A stretch of 64,000 nucleotides of DNA from Lama glama (GCA_028534125.1 CM052817.1:94738001-94802000), one strand, 5' to 3'; shown: positions 13,538 to 27,903, counted from the first letter of the stretch. Translations and numbers: made by a program. Notes: a model not told the origin generated them from the letters alone.

Positions 13538-13613
13538 TATGTATGACTGAAACATTATGCTGTACACCAAAAATTGAGACACTGTAACTGACTACACTTC
13601 AATTAAAAAAAAA
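13538..13613 (+). mobile_element. Very short L1 3' terminus
   Basis: tatgtatgactgaaacattatgctgtacacca...actgactacacttcaatt plus A tail; approximate TSD taagtt(t)gtaa at 13528-13537 and 13614-13624. Confidence 0.8.
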
Positions 13614-15723
13614 TAAGTTTGTAAAAGAAATGGGAAAGAATAAAATCAAAAGAGCATTATATATTGGCAATTTTGAGTCTAAAGTGAAAGATTAAAGGAT
13701 AAATACACATCTATGAACACTGGGTTTTGTGGCTTTTTATCGTTATACAGAAGTCTTGTAGCTTTTGCTCTTAATCTTAGGATCGATCATTTTAGCTATA
13801 CTTTCATTTTCACTTTTTGCAGATTTATAAACTTTGCTCACATAGACACATTGTCAGAGTCCTGAGTTCGTGAAGGAAGTGTTCAGTGTCCTTGCAGCAG
13901 AACAAGCCAAGGCGGGCTCGCTTCCCTATCCAGGGCACTGCAAGCTACCTGTGTTCCCTTAAGACCCTGCAGTTTAAAAAAAAAAAAACAAAAAAAACAG
14001 AGGAAAAACAACGAAGACAGAATCAGGGGCCGGGGTGGACTAGATCATCATTAGCAAAGGACATTTGCCACTCTTGAGGCTTGTTCTAAAGCAACCCTCC
14101 TGGTTAAGGAGAAATTTCAGGGGCTGCGGGTGGGCGTGGGGGGTTCAAGCATAGCCACCCTATCCCACCACCTGCTTCCCCCTTCTGTGGTCATTTTCAC
14201 AAGTCAGCAGGGGGTCCTGGGGGGAGGCAAATCCAGCACATCGTCAAAATAACCAAGCGTTCTGTGCCAAAAGGAAATGTGGGCTAAGAACTCTAATGAG
14301 AGGGTAAGCAAAGAGCCACTGGTTCCCAGCGTTGGGATGTGTCCGCGAGAGAGAACAGCAGCCCTGCTGGCCCAGGGACAGGCCAGAGCCTTAATCTGTA
14401 AATCACTGTGAAGCCCAAAATGACAAAAAAAAAAAAAAAAGTGGCCACCCCTGAAGTCAAGGCATAACAACAGAATAACCTCCTGCTCTAACCTCCAGCA
14501 GATAACCCACGTGAAAATGCAAAAAAAAAAAAGAAAGCTCCAGTGCCCAAGAGAAGGAGAGAGTGGTTTGCCAGAACCTAATTACATTTAATCAAGATGG
14601 CAAAAAATGATGAGCACGTGTCCCATAATCCCAAATGAAAAACACATCTGCGTGCGCGCGCACACACACACACCCCATGCTTAAGAATGCCTGACTGTAC
14701 ATTCTCTCCTCTCCCTTTATAAGCCTACCCTAAAATTTCTGGCACGGGCCTGAAAGTCATTAGTAATTTAGCTGAAACGTAAAATTTTACTGTGGCGCAT
14801 TGGTAGCTATTATGAGGTATAAATCTGTGTGGCTCTGGCAGGTTGAATTCTCTCCTACTCCCCTTCAACATGCTACAGAAAGCATTTAACTGTGCTGGGG
14901 GTACAAGACTCACATTGTGGAATTAAATTAGAGACATGAGAATACTAAAATACTCTTTCTTTTCTTGCTCCGTGCTAACCATTCTGAACTGCTTTCCTGG
15001 GCCACGTCCCACGAGAGAAAATGTGATCTTCAGGAAATTTGGATTCAGCAAAAAAAAAAAAAAAATGCTGGGGACAAAAAATGCAGACACTGCAGGGGAC
15101 AAAGTCATCAGGGCCACCAAAATTTGTGTTTGCTTTGCTCACATTTATCATATCTACCCGGGCCCAACATGCTCAAAGGTCATTTGAAAACTCAAGGATC
15201 TTACTCATTCATTCCTACTGTTTCCCTACAAAACTAAGTAAAAAGAAAGACTATGTCTACAGTTGTTTTGTCTGCAGGAGAATTCTCTTCTATTCTTGCA
15301 GTTTGTGTCAAGATTTTCTTCAAAAATCCTTCTTGGAATCTTTAGGTCTTGGATGCAAACCCACTGTGTTTTTGAGCATTGTATCATTATTACATGAGAT
15401 TTGAATGAACATATATTATTGGAGTGACTTAGTAGAAGGTATATGGGATTGGAACTGACCCCTAAATCTGTGCCCTTAGCCAGGGGATAGCAAATATAAG
15501 AGCTAATTCTACCAAGCTGCCATTCTTGTGCCCACAGCAGATACTGTTAATGGGTTACAGGAGTAGTACAAGCTTCAGGCGAATTTTGACTCAGTACCCC
15601 TGTGTGATTGAATCAAAACACAAGCTGAGCCTTTTTCTCAACACAAGTCTACAGGTAGCCATGATGGGTTTATCAAAGTTAGCACACAAGACAACAAAAT
15701 TCATTGGCCTTCTCAGGCCTGAA

Positions 15724-15830
15724 GTGTAAGCATTATGAGAGCAGGAACCACAATTATTCATCTTGTGTCTTGAATACCTATTTTAGTATTGGGCACAAAG
15801 CTGGTTTCAGAAAACACTTATTGAATGCTA
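15724..15830 (+). mobile_element. L2 3' end fragment
   Basis: tgtaagcattatgagagcaggaacc...ggcaca...acttattgaatg. Confidence 0.55.
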
Positions 15831-16299
15831 CTGAACTGTCTGACCCTGCCATTAATTCTAAAATCTTCCTATACTATTGGTATTATGTCAATTATCAGTT
15901 ACCTTGTTAACAAAAGAAATTAAATATTAAGTGAAATGTCATCAACACCAATAATGTTTATTTAGAAATAAACTATATTTAAATATATTTTATATTTTTA
16001 ATATATGTTCATTACATTTAAATATATTTAAACTTATTTTGCATATATTTAATGCAAAATAAATAGGCATGTTCTCTACTCCCTCATTGCTTAGAGTCTG
16101 GAATAAAGTAGCCTAAAATATAAATGAATATGGTTTATGGGGTTTCCTATAGGTATGGTCTCTTCCAGAGGGAAAAACCCAGTTATCTTTATCAAGTTTG
16201 TCTAATTCCATGGTATCATGGCAGTTTTTCTTATCTGCTTAAGAGAGTGGAACACATTTACATTGTGTTAGGACTGTTATTGCGGATATTGGTCAGTAC

Positions 16300-16800
16300 T
16301 TTACACCTTTGTAGTGAGAATACTTTCAGTAAAAAAAAAAACCCAGAATATTTGACTCAATGTGTTTAAAGTATAAGGGAGAATCCACTGGCTCATGTAA
16401 TTAAAAATACCAGAGGGATGGTAGGCTACAGGTAAACCTTGACTGAACTACTCAGTTAGGTATCCAAGATCCTTTTTTCTTCCTGTCTTTCCACATAGGA
16501 ATCATCTTAAGACTGGTTTACTTCTTGGGCCCAAAATGGCTGCCACCGCCCTGACAGTGACACACTGTCTTCTTAATTTCTTCAACAACATCAATGTTCT
16601 GACATTTCTAGGAAAAGAAAACTATTTAATTCGTTTAGGTGGCTTAAATATATGCCCAAACCTTAACTAATTAGTATAACTTGTGAACAGAATGTACTGA
16701 TTACAGTAGCCTAAGTCACGTGATCCACCTTAGACCCAGAGATACAATCATCTTTCTCAAAATCACATGCTGTTATGGCAAAGTGAAGGGAATGATGAAA
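16300..16800. mobile_element. Possible old ERVL-type LTR (LTR33-like) remnant
   Basis: tggctcatgtaattaaaaataccagagggatggtaggctacagg and caaaatggctgcca motifs; weak resemblance only. Confidence 0.35.
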
Positions 16801-18952
16801 AAAGAGTTAGCCAGCAACTATATAACAGCATCTCTTTTTGATAAACAGAGGCAGAAGCCCCAGTGTGATCTAATAATGAAGAATAGTTGTCAATACCCTG
16901 AGCATCTGCTATGTTTTATCTTACAGATAAAATGCAGGGCTCTGTTCAAAGGAGTTCTTTGCTCACAAGGAGCAGCATGAAGGCAGCAGGTGGACCGATG
17001 GGCAAAGAACATTTGGGAACATTAGGAACATTTAGAAGGGCGATTGATATCAAATTAAATGCACTGACAACTTTGGGCAAAAAAACCTATAAAGAGTATT
17101 CTGAGTCATAACGTAATTATTTTTAGGTAACTGCTATTCAGTGTCAACAGTATAAGGCTTCTATATAAAATGGAATCTACTTGTTCCATGGTGACTTAAA
17201 TGACAAACGTGCTGTCATTATAAATGTAATGCCTTCCTCAGAGTTTCAGCCCTTAAAGCAGCCCTCTTAAGGTGGGTGATGTTGTTTTAGAGTAGAGAGA
17301 ATAGGGGAGGGAAAAATACAGATAACCATAGATTACATCTTTTAAGAAAGGAAATTAGGTCTATTTGTAGTTAGGGAATTAACCTGAAAAATAAAATTAA
17401 AGTTCTTTTAAATGCAAAGAAAAAGATAAAGAGTGAAAAATGAATCTCAAGATGAAACAACATGTCTTGGAAAATAAAGGCTTATGATCAAAAATTAACT
17501 GTGTATTGCAGAGAAATAAATCAAATCATAGACCATCAGAGAGAATGACAAGAGAAGGACATCAGAGAAGTAAAAAGAAGTTTTTAAACATTAGTGGTCT
17601 AATAAAGCCATTTAGATTTCCTTTAATGCATAAAATTTCCCTCTCTGTCGACTGAAAGGAACTTGACTTCTTTCACTGGCTAGCCTCTTCCTGTGATCCT
17701 AGATTTGGTGTCCTTCAGGCCTGGACAGCTGAATGTTCAAACCTTATTCCTGAAGAACCGGCGTGTCCGCTTTGCAGAGTGCACAGCGACACTTAACTGA
17801 GGGGACGGATGGCAAGAGACTGGAGGGCCTACTGCAAGCTAAAACCTAAAATAAACAGAACAGAGGCACTAGTGGATACTTAAAAAAGGAATTTATGGCC
17901 CATTTCCTCATTTCCCCGAGGATTTTGCTTGTGAAAATAAATTTGATATTTTCAGCATTAAAAAAATATATATTTTTTTTCCAAAAAGAAAACAGGCCAA
18001 AGTTTCACATGTCTAATCTACCATTCCAGCAAGACACCAAAAGTGTAATAGTGTTAGTGAGACCCTTCATCGGGGCACCCACTCTGAAGTCACCAGTCTA
18101 CAGAGCCATCCACACCTGAATACACGGTGAGGGTGACCTGGAAAAGCCAGGCAAATTTGCTCACTGGTGTCAAATGACTTACTCTGAAGGGGAGAGCTCC
18201 CGCAAGGGCAATTTACATTAGGCTAATAGTCTTTCTCTTATTGTGAGGAGTTTATTTCTCCACGACATTTTTTTCCTCCTAGGGAATAGAAATGGTGACG
18301 TTAAGCAAGATAAATCATGGTGTCATAAAATATATCCCATTTATTTAATGGCTTTCCAGCCTAGAAAGGTTGCAGACTTTGAAATGCTGTCTAAGTCATG
18401 GACTTAGTATTTCTAACATGTCTTAAAAGTCCACTCAACTCCCCCCTAGCTGTTGAGGACAGGAAGTAAAGAAAATAAGACTTTTTCCTGCTAATCCTCC
18501 TAAGAGGAGTTGAGAGAGGCAGCAGAGCCATTCTGGAATTTTGCTGGGAAACAAGGATTAGCATCTCTAAGAGACACTACCAGATTGTTTGATTAGTGTT
18601 GCTGGGTTATTTCAGATGGGATCCAAATAACACTAGCTTGAGGTTATACAGTGCACCTCAAAACTCGTCTCCAAGAAGCTATCCGCTGCTGGTTGACCAT
18701 GCACTTCTCTGATAGCCATTCCTAAAGCCACTCACTGGACAAGAAGTTTGAGAATTAGAATGCTACTAATCCATTAAAGGAATTTATTTCAGTCTTTTGA
18801 CCTTTAAAAGCCGATTCCTTAATTTCTGAGACTCACTTAATACAACAGCAAAAAACTTAAATTAGAAAATGCGAAATCGCATTCAGAGGTTGGGGAAATT
18901 CTGTATCGGTTAAGATACTTGTCAAAGTTACAAAGTGTCTTGAGGACATTAA

Positions 18953-19072
18953 GCAAACTCCTTGAGGGCAGAGACAACTATCTAGTCAACTTCCTGTTTC
19001 CTGTATCTGGCATATGTGACACATCGTAGAAGTTCAAGAAATGTTGAATGAACAAATGAATGCATGGATGGT
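18953..19072 (+). mobile_element. L2 3' end
   Basis: aaactccttgagggcagagac...aaatgttgaatgaacaaatgaatg tail. Confidence 0.75.
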
Positions 19073-20084
19073 ACCCCAAATCCCCTTTCATTTTGCATTT
19101 CTCTATAAAAGCATGAGGGATGCAGGAAAAATTATGGGTACTAATTGATGGAGTTTATAAACAGAGAGCCCACTGAAGATTTTCAAACCCATGCTAAAAA
19201 TGTCTTTTTCTCTGGTAGTTTTTTTTTTTTCCTTCTTAAAGTGCTTAGATAATTGCATCAGCTCTTCATTTTGCTTGTGTTGACAGCGTGAAAGTGCTAT
19301 GTAATCATTCCAGCTGGAAGTCTCTGATACTTGGTCTCAAACCATCTTGTGACGGTAAAAATGGGTGGTCTTCCCTCTGGATCAGGAACTCTGGTGGCTA
19401 ATTCACCACCCGAGCCATCGGGTGTAGCCGTACCAACTGTTTCACAAGCTTCCCAAGAAATCTAACAAATCGAACGGGGCTCCTGCCCTATTCGTTTCTA
19501 CTCTGTCTTCATCAGCACTATTCCAAAAGACTTTCCACTATGAAATAGGGTATTTTGGAAAGTTCTACAAGCCTGTTTGCACAGGACTGACATTTACACA
19601 ATCACAAACAACACTTTCTGTGGTACTTAGGATTTCTTTCGAGAACCTTGATCCAAGTGCTGACCTGGCTTAACCCTACTTAACTTGTAAAAAATGAAGG
19701 GATTACAGGAGAAGGTATATGGCCGTGGACCACTGATGGATTAGACTTTCCCTTGGTTGTGTTTTCTTAGAGCCTTTGAGCTGTGGATTGAGTACGACCT
19801 TCCCTAACGTTCCCTTTTATGGAACTTGCTTTGTTACAGTAGCTGATCTTTTGGGGTTAGGAAAATGGAGGGAAAAAAATGTGTTGGGCTTATTTTGCTT
19901 ATAAATGGTATTATCTCTGCAAGGTGGAGAAGAGTTTCCTTTCTAATGTCCTGGGGACCTATTCCTCTGCAATTATGTATCTGGAAAGTATCTGGAGTCC
20001 TATTTTTAATTTTAAAGCCCTATGTTCAATGTTAAAAAATTTTAAGTTTAAAATCTATTCTTTAATTGTACTTTTAAAGCCTCC

Positions 20085-20635
20085 ACTGCTGAAGGGTAGA
20101 GAAATAGGCCCTCTCATACATTGCTTCCTGGCTGGAACTATGAAAGTTTAAGTCCTCTTTGACCTGGCAGTGCAATACTAGAAATTAATCCTAAGGAAAT
20201 AGTAAGAATGTGTGCAAAAATGTAGTCACTAGCATGGTCACCGCAGCATTGTTCATGGTGTAGCAAACTTGGAAACACACAAGGGTAAAATTAAATATAT
20301 TCATACTTTTCTATAGGACAGAGAAGTAGGCAGCCACAGACTGCAGAAGTGTCTATAATCCTGACTCTGGCAGATGATCTAGATGTGCTGGTGAATAAAA
20401 AGAATAGTCCTATTCTAAACCAAATGATCTCATTTTTGGAAAACAAACAAACAAAAAAAGGTAAAACCTGACGAAAGGTATACATTTGTACAACCAAAAC
20501 AGCAAGATAGTCCCTAAAATGTGAACAGTTATGTGGCATGGTTATGGGTGACATTTATTTCTCATTTGTATTTTCTAACTTTTTTTTTTCTGTACTATAA
20601 CAACATACACCTGCCTACTAATAAAAAATATTTAA
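20085..20635 (+). mobile_element. Old L1ME-like 3' fragment
   Basis: ctctcatacattgct...tttgacctggcagt...ctagaaattaatcctaaggaaata...cagcattgttcat. Confidence 0.6.
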
Positions 20636-21953
20636 AGTCTGGGTTTTTTTCTGTGTGTTTTACTTTGTTTCTCAAGTAAATGAAGTCAAATGAAGCTTGA
20701 AATTCAGTGGATTGGTAATGCTTGCCTGCATGTATGAGGAGGCAGGTCGTAGAAGGAATTTTAAACTTGGCTTCAGGCCTGAAATCCAGGCTCAGCTCTG
20801 CCCACCCAGTCTCACTCAGTGTGAATCAGCAAATCCTTTTACTTTCCTGGATCTCAGGGTCCCTACCTTTAGATGAGGGCAGGACTGTTACTCTGAAGGG
20901 TAACATCATCTCTCAGGATTATGGGCATCAGGTAAGACAATACAAGAGAAAAGGCTTGGAAAAGTTAAGCAAGTCAAGTGGATGGAAGACCTAGGAACCA
21001 GCAGACAAGTCAAGCTGCAAATCACAGGTTAATCCACCTCGCTGAGGCACTCTCCTGATCACATCCGTCTTTACCTGCTTCAGCCTCTTTCCCCCTGACC
21101 AGGACTCCTGCCTGCCAGTTTCAGCCTGCTTCTCTGTTTCCTTCCATGAATTCGGCACTAGCAGATGTGCGCAGAGCCAAAAAGCCAGCCCTGTGTTTTC
21201 CTACATTCATTTCCAGTAACCCAGTTAGCCGGCTGCGAACGCCACACCTGCAGGGTGTATTGCCTCAGACAATTCCACTGCGCTTTGAAGCCCTTGCTTG
21301 TCGGTGTTAAATATGCCGTGGTATACACAGTGTGCTCTGTTTCCGTTTTTCCACAAGAATGTCACAATAGCCACATGAAGGAGAGGTCTTCCTTCACAAA
21401 TCCACAATACTGTGAGTCGACACTCTAGAACATTTCTGCCCACAGCCTCGACTTGGGAGACATCCTTTATCTCTGGATTTCCCGCTGCTTATCTAGCTCC
21501 TGTCCCCAGACCGATAAAAAATGACAGTCTAGGACAGAGTTTGTTATGTCTGAAGATTTTGTTGCCCAAGCTGTGGGGACCCATGCTATTAATTGTTGAG
21601 TCACGTTTCTTGGCTTTCAAGCCTGCAGAAAAGAACTTGGACTTACACAAAGGAAACCAGTTTTCTCAGGTAGCTGGAATGGGGGTTGCTATTGTCTGAT
21701 GGCCCCCAAAGAGTCTTTTATTCCCATTAGAAAAGGACAAGCCAAGGTACCAAGTGGGGCATCTGCTTTGTTGGAACTTTCCACACTTCCTGCCCTCTGA
21801 GTTAAGAATAAGGACACTGTCTAATAATCCTTACTTTATATCGGATAGTTTTAAAAATATTAAAAGCACTTTCATAAAGTGCTTGGGAGCCAGTCTATAC
21901 CCATCTAGGGACAGTCATTTCAATAAAACAGGATCTTTTTAAAAATACAACCA

Positions 21954-22222
21954 TTTTTGAAAAATTGAAGTCTAGTTAATTTACAGTGTTGTGCCAGTTT
22001 CAGGTGTACAGCAGGGTGATTCAGTTGTACATATATAGGTATCTATTCTTTTCCCGATTCTTTTCCATTCCAGGTTATTACAAGATATTGAATACACATC
22101 CCTGTGCTGTACAATGGGCCTTTGTCGTTTACTTATGTTATATATAGTAGTGTGTATCTGTTCATCCCAAACTCCTAATTTATCCCTTCCCTCCCCCCCC
22201 CCCCGCTGGTTTTCCCTTTTGG
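21954..22222 (-). mobile_element. 5'-truncated L1 3' end
   Basis: ttgaagtctagttaatttacagtgttgtgccagtttcaggtgtacagc...caagatattgaata...ccctgtgctgtaca; possible imperfect TSD aaaacag(ga)tcttt at 21925-21938 and 22223-22234. Confidence 0.9.
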
Positions 22223-23719
22223 AAAACAGTCTTTCCTTCATGCCAAATGTCAGGTATTTATTTACCAGGTTAGGTAAGCATGTGGGGTCTTACTGGCAAG
22301 AGGAATACAAGTGGTTTTAGGACAATAAAGGTGTGTCCTCAACCCTCCTGCTGAACGTTACACAGAGAGTTTCTTCCCCATCAATTCTGATAAGCAGAAA
22401 GCCCTTTGGTCCTGGCTATGAATTCTGGTGCCCCACTGCATAACATCTTAAATCGTTTCAGCCACGGCAAACGACGGCCAAAGGAAGAGCTTCAGCCCAG
22501 AAGAGACAAAGGGACAGTGTTGGAGAAAGAAAAGCAGTGGTATTCTTGCTTCATTTTAAAATTAATAGAGTCGGTTATAGTTTCTAAGTACACTTGGAAT
22601 TCCAGCTGCCAGAGAATGGGTCTGAACACTGAAAGCCCTCTTTAATCCGTGGACCCCGGACAGGTAGTGGTGCTCTCCAGCAAGCAGGGCACAGGTAGTG
22701 GCATTGTAAAGCTAGCACAGAGAGCCTGCCAGGAAGCTTCAACACTGTCCTCAGGGAACTGCCTCCACGCAACGGGCAGGCTTTGATCTCTGCTGAGACG
22801 GCTCTGGGGATGCCAACGGTGTGGTGGGTGTCCGGAGGTTCATTTTACAGAGACCATCAAAGCCGCTTTCAGATGGTAAAGACTAACAACCTGGCCTCTA
22901 TTTGAACAGCTAGCAGCTCTTCAAACTGTCTAATTCTCAGAGCCTATTAAACAGAAAGAGAGCTAAGAAATAGAGAGTATGTTGAGGATTGGACCGAAGC
23001 GAAGGGAGAATAAGCCAGCCAGACTGGGGGTGCTTCTGCCACTGGCCAGCATCGTCAAAACATCAGTGTCCCTACCTTTAAAATAAACCACTTCTAAGTG
23101 TTACACCACTGGAGTACACAATTTGAGAGAATCATGGTTTAGTCCACGATGCATTTTAAACTTTAACAGAATCACCAAAATACCAAGCAGAAATGTGTCA
23201 GAAAACGGGCAGAAAGAACAAGCCTGGAAAAGAATTTAAATAACATAAGGAAAGAAGTTTTTAAATCAAATTTAAATCCACCAGAAAGGAGCTTAAAGAA
23301 AGATAACTTAGCCAATCGCCATAGACCTTTATAATCTTGCTCTTCTGACTTAAGAAATCAATGATGCATTTTTAAAACACTGTTTTTCATTTGTAACACA
23401 AAAAAGATTGGGAAAAAACTAAAATCATTGCTCGATCTCCCTTCCACCCGCTCCTCACTTAAATTTCTCTCTGTATGAAAATCATAATGCTTTTCTTCGA
23501 GATGTTAAAACAATCAAGACTAATACGATGGGAATTGCTAAAAAAAAAGACTGATTTTATGATGCAACAATAATTATCTTTGGAGAACATGATATATTTA
23601 TTCTCTTTGGATTGAGGGGTGATGTCTAAGACATCACATTGCTTAAGTGTCATTAGCCAGTAGTTAGTCTTTAAGTAGAAGATAAAACACATCATCAAAG
23701 AATACAAAACAATAAAATG

Positions 23720-24030
23720 AATCATGCTAGCACTTCATATAAGAAGAAATGTAAATAACAGACATAAAAAGATGCTCACCCACGGCCAGGGGAACACAAA
23801 TTAAAAGAAGGGAGTTGCATTTTTCTCCTGGTAAAAACAACAACAACAACACAACAACAAGAACAACAAAAACTCAAAAGAGCGATGGCATCTGGCGTTG
23901 AAGAGGGCACGAGAAACAGGCACTCTCAAATATTATCGGTGGGATTGTCAATTAGAATCACCTTTTCGGGAGAGATGGAAAAAACTGTAGTGGCTTTAAA
24001 ATATTCTGGATGCACAAATCCTATAGAATA
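23720..24030 (+). mobile_element. Old L1M fragment
   Basis: aaaaagatgctcac...aaattaaaa...gagaaacaggcactctca...ggtggga resembles the ORF2 end/3'UTR. Confidence 0.55.
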
Positions 24031-24834
24031 GGTAAGAGTCTCCATAATCAAACTCAGATGCTTTGCTGAATCACACTCAGCCTCAACCCATTCAGGGTTC
24101 TCCTCTTTCCCCTCGAGCATTTATTTCTAAATCTTGACGTCATGGCAAGATGCTGGGGTGGAGGGAGAGAGGTACGGGATCATCGAAGTCATCTGTCCAC
24201 ACGGCGTCAGGGAGCGGGGCATCCTCCAGAGAAGCCACTGGCTCACCCAGTCCTCAGCTATTATCCCGGACAGGTCACTGATGGGAGGTCCCGTGTTCCT
24301 GGTGTCATGGTCCCTTGATGGCCAGCAATTTTCTCTGCTCCTTTCAAGCCATGCCTGAGGGCCTGGGAATAATCTTGCTGCTGCCTTGCTCAGCAGGAGG
24401 CTCGGAATCACAGTGAAGTTGCTTCAGGTCAACACAAGGCATCTGTTCCCTGGGCTCCCGCTGCCTTCATCCCCTGGGGCTGGCTTCCTCACAGAGACTA
24501 TAACCTGGGAAATTTAGGGCCTGGCCTGCCGCTGGGACCTACAAATGCCTCCGCTGTCCTAACTTCCCCTCCATCCTCCCCTCCCTCTCCACCATGCCGG
24601 AGAAACTTTCTCTAACCTAAAACAGAAGTTCTGCGGTCTTTTATGATGTGTCTCCCACACATTTTGTCTTGGCCAGTTTTCCTCATTCCCCTAAGGATTT
24701 GGGCTTTTGGAAACCAAAGCCCTCGAAGGCTTTTTTCCCCCTCTGGTTTCAGAAGTGGAACATCCTTCCTCAGTGACAATGAACATCCAAGATCCTGGCA
24801 GCTTAAATATGGCCGGAGCAGGAGGGAGAGAGAA

Positions 24835-25370
24835 AAAACTTTGGTAGTATTTCCATAACACTGAATTTATGACCTAGCAACCCACCAGTCTTCTATAGAA
24901 ATATTATTATAGAAATATGCAGGAAGATAGAGACAAAGATAATGACCATAGCATTGTTTGTAATGGTGAAAAATTAGAGATAATTTAAATGTCCACCAAG
25001 ATAGGGGATGGTTAAATAAATTACAGTAAACTGATGCAATGGAGGAAAAAGCCTGGTAAAACGGCTAAAATTCTGTGTAAACACAAAAAAAGAATACATA
25101 CATCTTTATGTGCTGACTTGGAAGGATCCTATGAATACTGTGACGTGAAAAGGACAAAATTCAGAATGATGTGCAAGATGTCTCATTTGTTTAAAAGGAA
25201 AAACACCTTATTTCGGTGTATGTGTACGTGTGTTAGTACGAGCACATAAAGAGACTGCAAATGTTAGTGGTAATAGCTCTTGAGGAGTGAAATTGGAATG
25301 AAGAAAGACTCTTCCTTTTTTCACTTTACAGCCTTTTAAAATATTTGATTTGCTTTAGCAAGCACTTACT
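24835..25370 (+). mobile_element. Old L1ME-like 3'UTR fragment
   Basis: atgacctagcaa...tagcattgtttgtaatggtgaaaaattag...aaatgtccacca...ggttaaataaatta. Confidence 0.65.
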
Positions 25371-26289
25371 ACCTGCAAAGATTTCTTTTTTGAAGTTAAA
25401 ATATACATCGTGGTCCAGATGAGTTTAGCTCTAGATAAGGCCTCATTCATTCTCAAAGCACATAAACTTTCCTGAAGAATCAAAAAACAAGATATAAAAT
25501 GAAGATCTTCCATTCATTGAAGTTTATGATTCAGTAACAAAGATGCATCATTTAAGATCCAATGATGAGTGTGAGAGTTAGTTTGTAAAACTCCAACTGG
25601 AAAGTAGAGCCTGCTGTGAACTATGAGACCAAAATTTAAACCTAAATGAAGAAACTGAAACACCTTCTCTCTCTCTGCCAGGCTCTGTGAGTCAAAGAAA
25701 CGTAGATCTTATTCTAAACAAATGATGATGGTTGACAACAAAGTGTAAACATGATGCAAGCTAATAGATGTGCTAACTGTTCTTTGCTTTAATCCCTAAT
25801 ACACATCCTCCATTATCTGTGAGATTAACTGCTTTGTCTTGGGTCAGATCTAGGAACTGCTTCTTCTGCCGCTGACAGCACTTTAATAATAATAGGAATC
25901 TGATGTGTCTGAATTCCACACCCAAGATGAATACACTTGGCCCAACTAGAGTTGTCACAAAGATGGAGCAGAAGGATAAAATTACGAGCTCAGCTGATAT
26001 ATGTGGCCCAGAATTACATGGTGGTCACTTAATTAACATTGCTAATACCCGAGCTCCTGAACAGGCTCTAATATGTTTATAGATGATGTCAAAAGAAGAA
26101 GCAGTCTGACCACACAAGAGAGTATTTTTGCTTCGTATGTAAAGACAGTGACTCCCACCATCAAATACGAAATTAGCCACGATTTCAAAACATCTTCCAG
26201 GAAAACTCGTCATCCCCAGCAGCACCTACCTCTGTAAAAAGTCTGGGTCACTTCAATAGTAAGTGAGGCTTTTCAAACATTCCTAATAA

Positions 26290-26570
26290 TTATTCATTCA
26301 ATCAGCATTTGTTGAATGAGCGCCATGTGCCAGGAACAGCTAATATTTATGTAGTGCTTACTACGTCCCAGGCACTGTTCTGCTTTCATAAATTAACTTG
26401 TTTAATCCTCATGACAACCCGATGAGTTGGGTTCATTGTCTCTCGAATTTTACAGAATTGGGCACTGAGTCACAGAAATAAAGGAACTCATTCAAACTCA
26501 CATAGACCGTCACTGAAGAAGCTGAGGTTTGAACCCAAGCAGTCTGGCTTCAGAGCCCTGCTCTTTACAA
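26290..26570 (-). mobile_element. L2 tail plus near full-length MIR
   Basis: attcattcaatcagcatttgttga (L2); gctaatatttatgtagtgcttactacgtcccaggcactgttct...tttaatcctcatgacaacccgatgag...tttgaacccaagcagtctggcttcagagccc (MIR). Confidence 0.85.
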
Positions 26571-27463
26571 ACAAGGCTAAAAAAATAAAGGGCACATGCT
26601 AGTGGGGGAAAGAGAACTGTAAAAAATAATGAAAATGCAATGTAATGCTACAGGAGCATAAATGGAGAAATGAATAGAGAAAAATCTTAAGTATCAGAGT
26701 TGAGATCACAAATATTATGGAAATGTGTATGGAAGGGGAGCTTGAGAGAATTTATTCCACGTTTTAGGACTCCATGTTAACATATATGAGACTAAAGACT
26801 TTCTTCATCTATCCAAATCGACATTATATAAACTAACGAATTCTAATCTCTCAAATGTACGAAACTGGGTGTTTCAGAACTTGTCTAATTTCAGGAGAGA
26901 CTAAGATACCATTCAATACTTTACCTCTACCAGAAACACTTTATGATCCTGAAAGAAAACATTCCAGCATGTTATTCAGTGGAATGAAGCTGCCCACTGA
27001 GTGAGCTCTTTACCTTTTAGCCCCTAACATATGTAATCCTGGAAGATCGACCAACTGACCTTTAAGACCCTGCTCTTCCCTTTTTAGAAATCCTGCCAAT
27101 AAATGGAATCTCCATTTTCCCTTTCCTCTACTCTAGACGCAAATGTGCATTTTGCAAAGATTCTGTGTGTCATTGGCAAAATTCACTTGTTGTGCTATTT
27201 CTATTTATTATCCTTATAGCAGACCTCATCCCAAAATAGTCCCGCATAAGGTGCCACATGTGTCCCCTAGCACTTCAGGAATTAAGAGCATATGGTCAAT
27301 AAAAATGGAATCCCCATGACTTCAGAATAAGTCGCCCAGGAAAACACATCCATTCGGAGGAGTTCTTTTCAGTGTCAGCTTTTGTTCTAAGCTCGATTAG
27401 GTGTATAAGGATAAAAACTCTGCTGTACAACTCAGAACTTTTAAAAGTTCACTCTATTAACTC

Positions 27464-27903
27464 TGTCTCAGTCCATTCAGGCTGCTATAACCAAATGCCA
27501 TAGATTGGATGGCTTATAAATAACAGAAATTGACTTCTCACAGCCCTGGAAGCTGGGAAGTCCAAGATCAAGGTGCCAGCGGCAGATTCTGTGTCTGGGG
27601 TGTGCCTGTCTCCTGGTTCATAGATGGGCGTCTTCTCCTGGTGTCCCCACAGGGCAGAAGGGGCAAAAATTAAATTGGAAAGTCCATGGATGAGGTGAAG
27701 AAAGAAAGACATTTGGGGCTGGTTCTAATGTGTCTGTTGGGTTAACTGTGGTCTCTTTTATGAGGGCACTGATCTTTCATGCGGACTCCATCCTCATGAC
27801 CTAATCACCTCCTAAAGGCTTCACCTCTTCACACCATCACCCGGGGGGCTGGGATTTCAATATGTCAGTGAGGGGAGGGAACATTAGCACTCAGTACGTA
27901 GCA
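27464..27903 (-). mobile_element. MaLR solo LTR (MLT1A-like) interrupted by an 85-bp insert
   Basis: tgtctcagtccattcaggctgctataac...gggaagtccaagatcaaggtgccagc...catgacctaatcacctcc...gtagca; foreign segment at 27664-27748. Confidence 0.9.

Noticed and set aside
14950..15035. Possible minus-strand coding exon (SHFLSWDVAQESSSEWLARSKKKK)
   Set aside because: Weak splice sites and no protein recognised.
24127..24600. GC-richer stretch with overlapping ORFs on both strands
   Set aside because: No recognisable protein or convincing splice boundaries.
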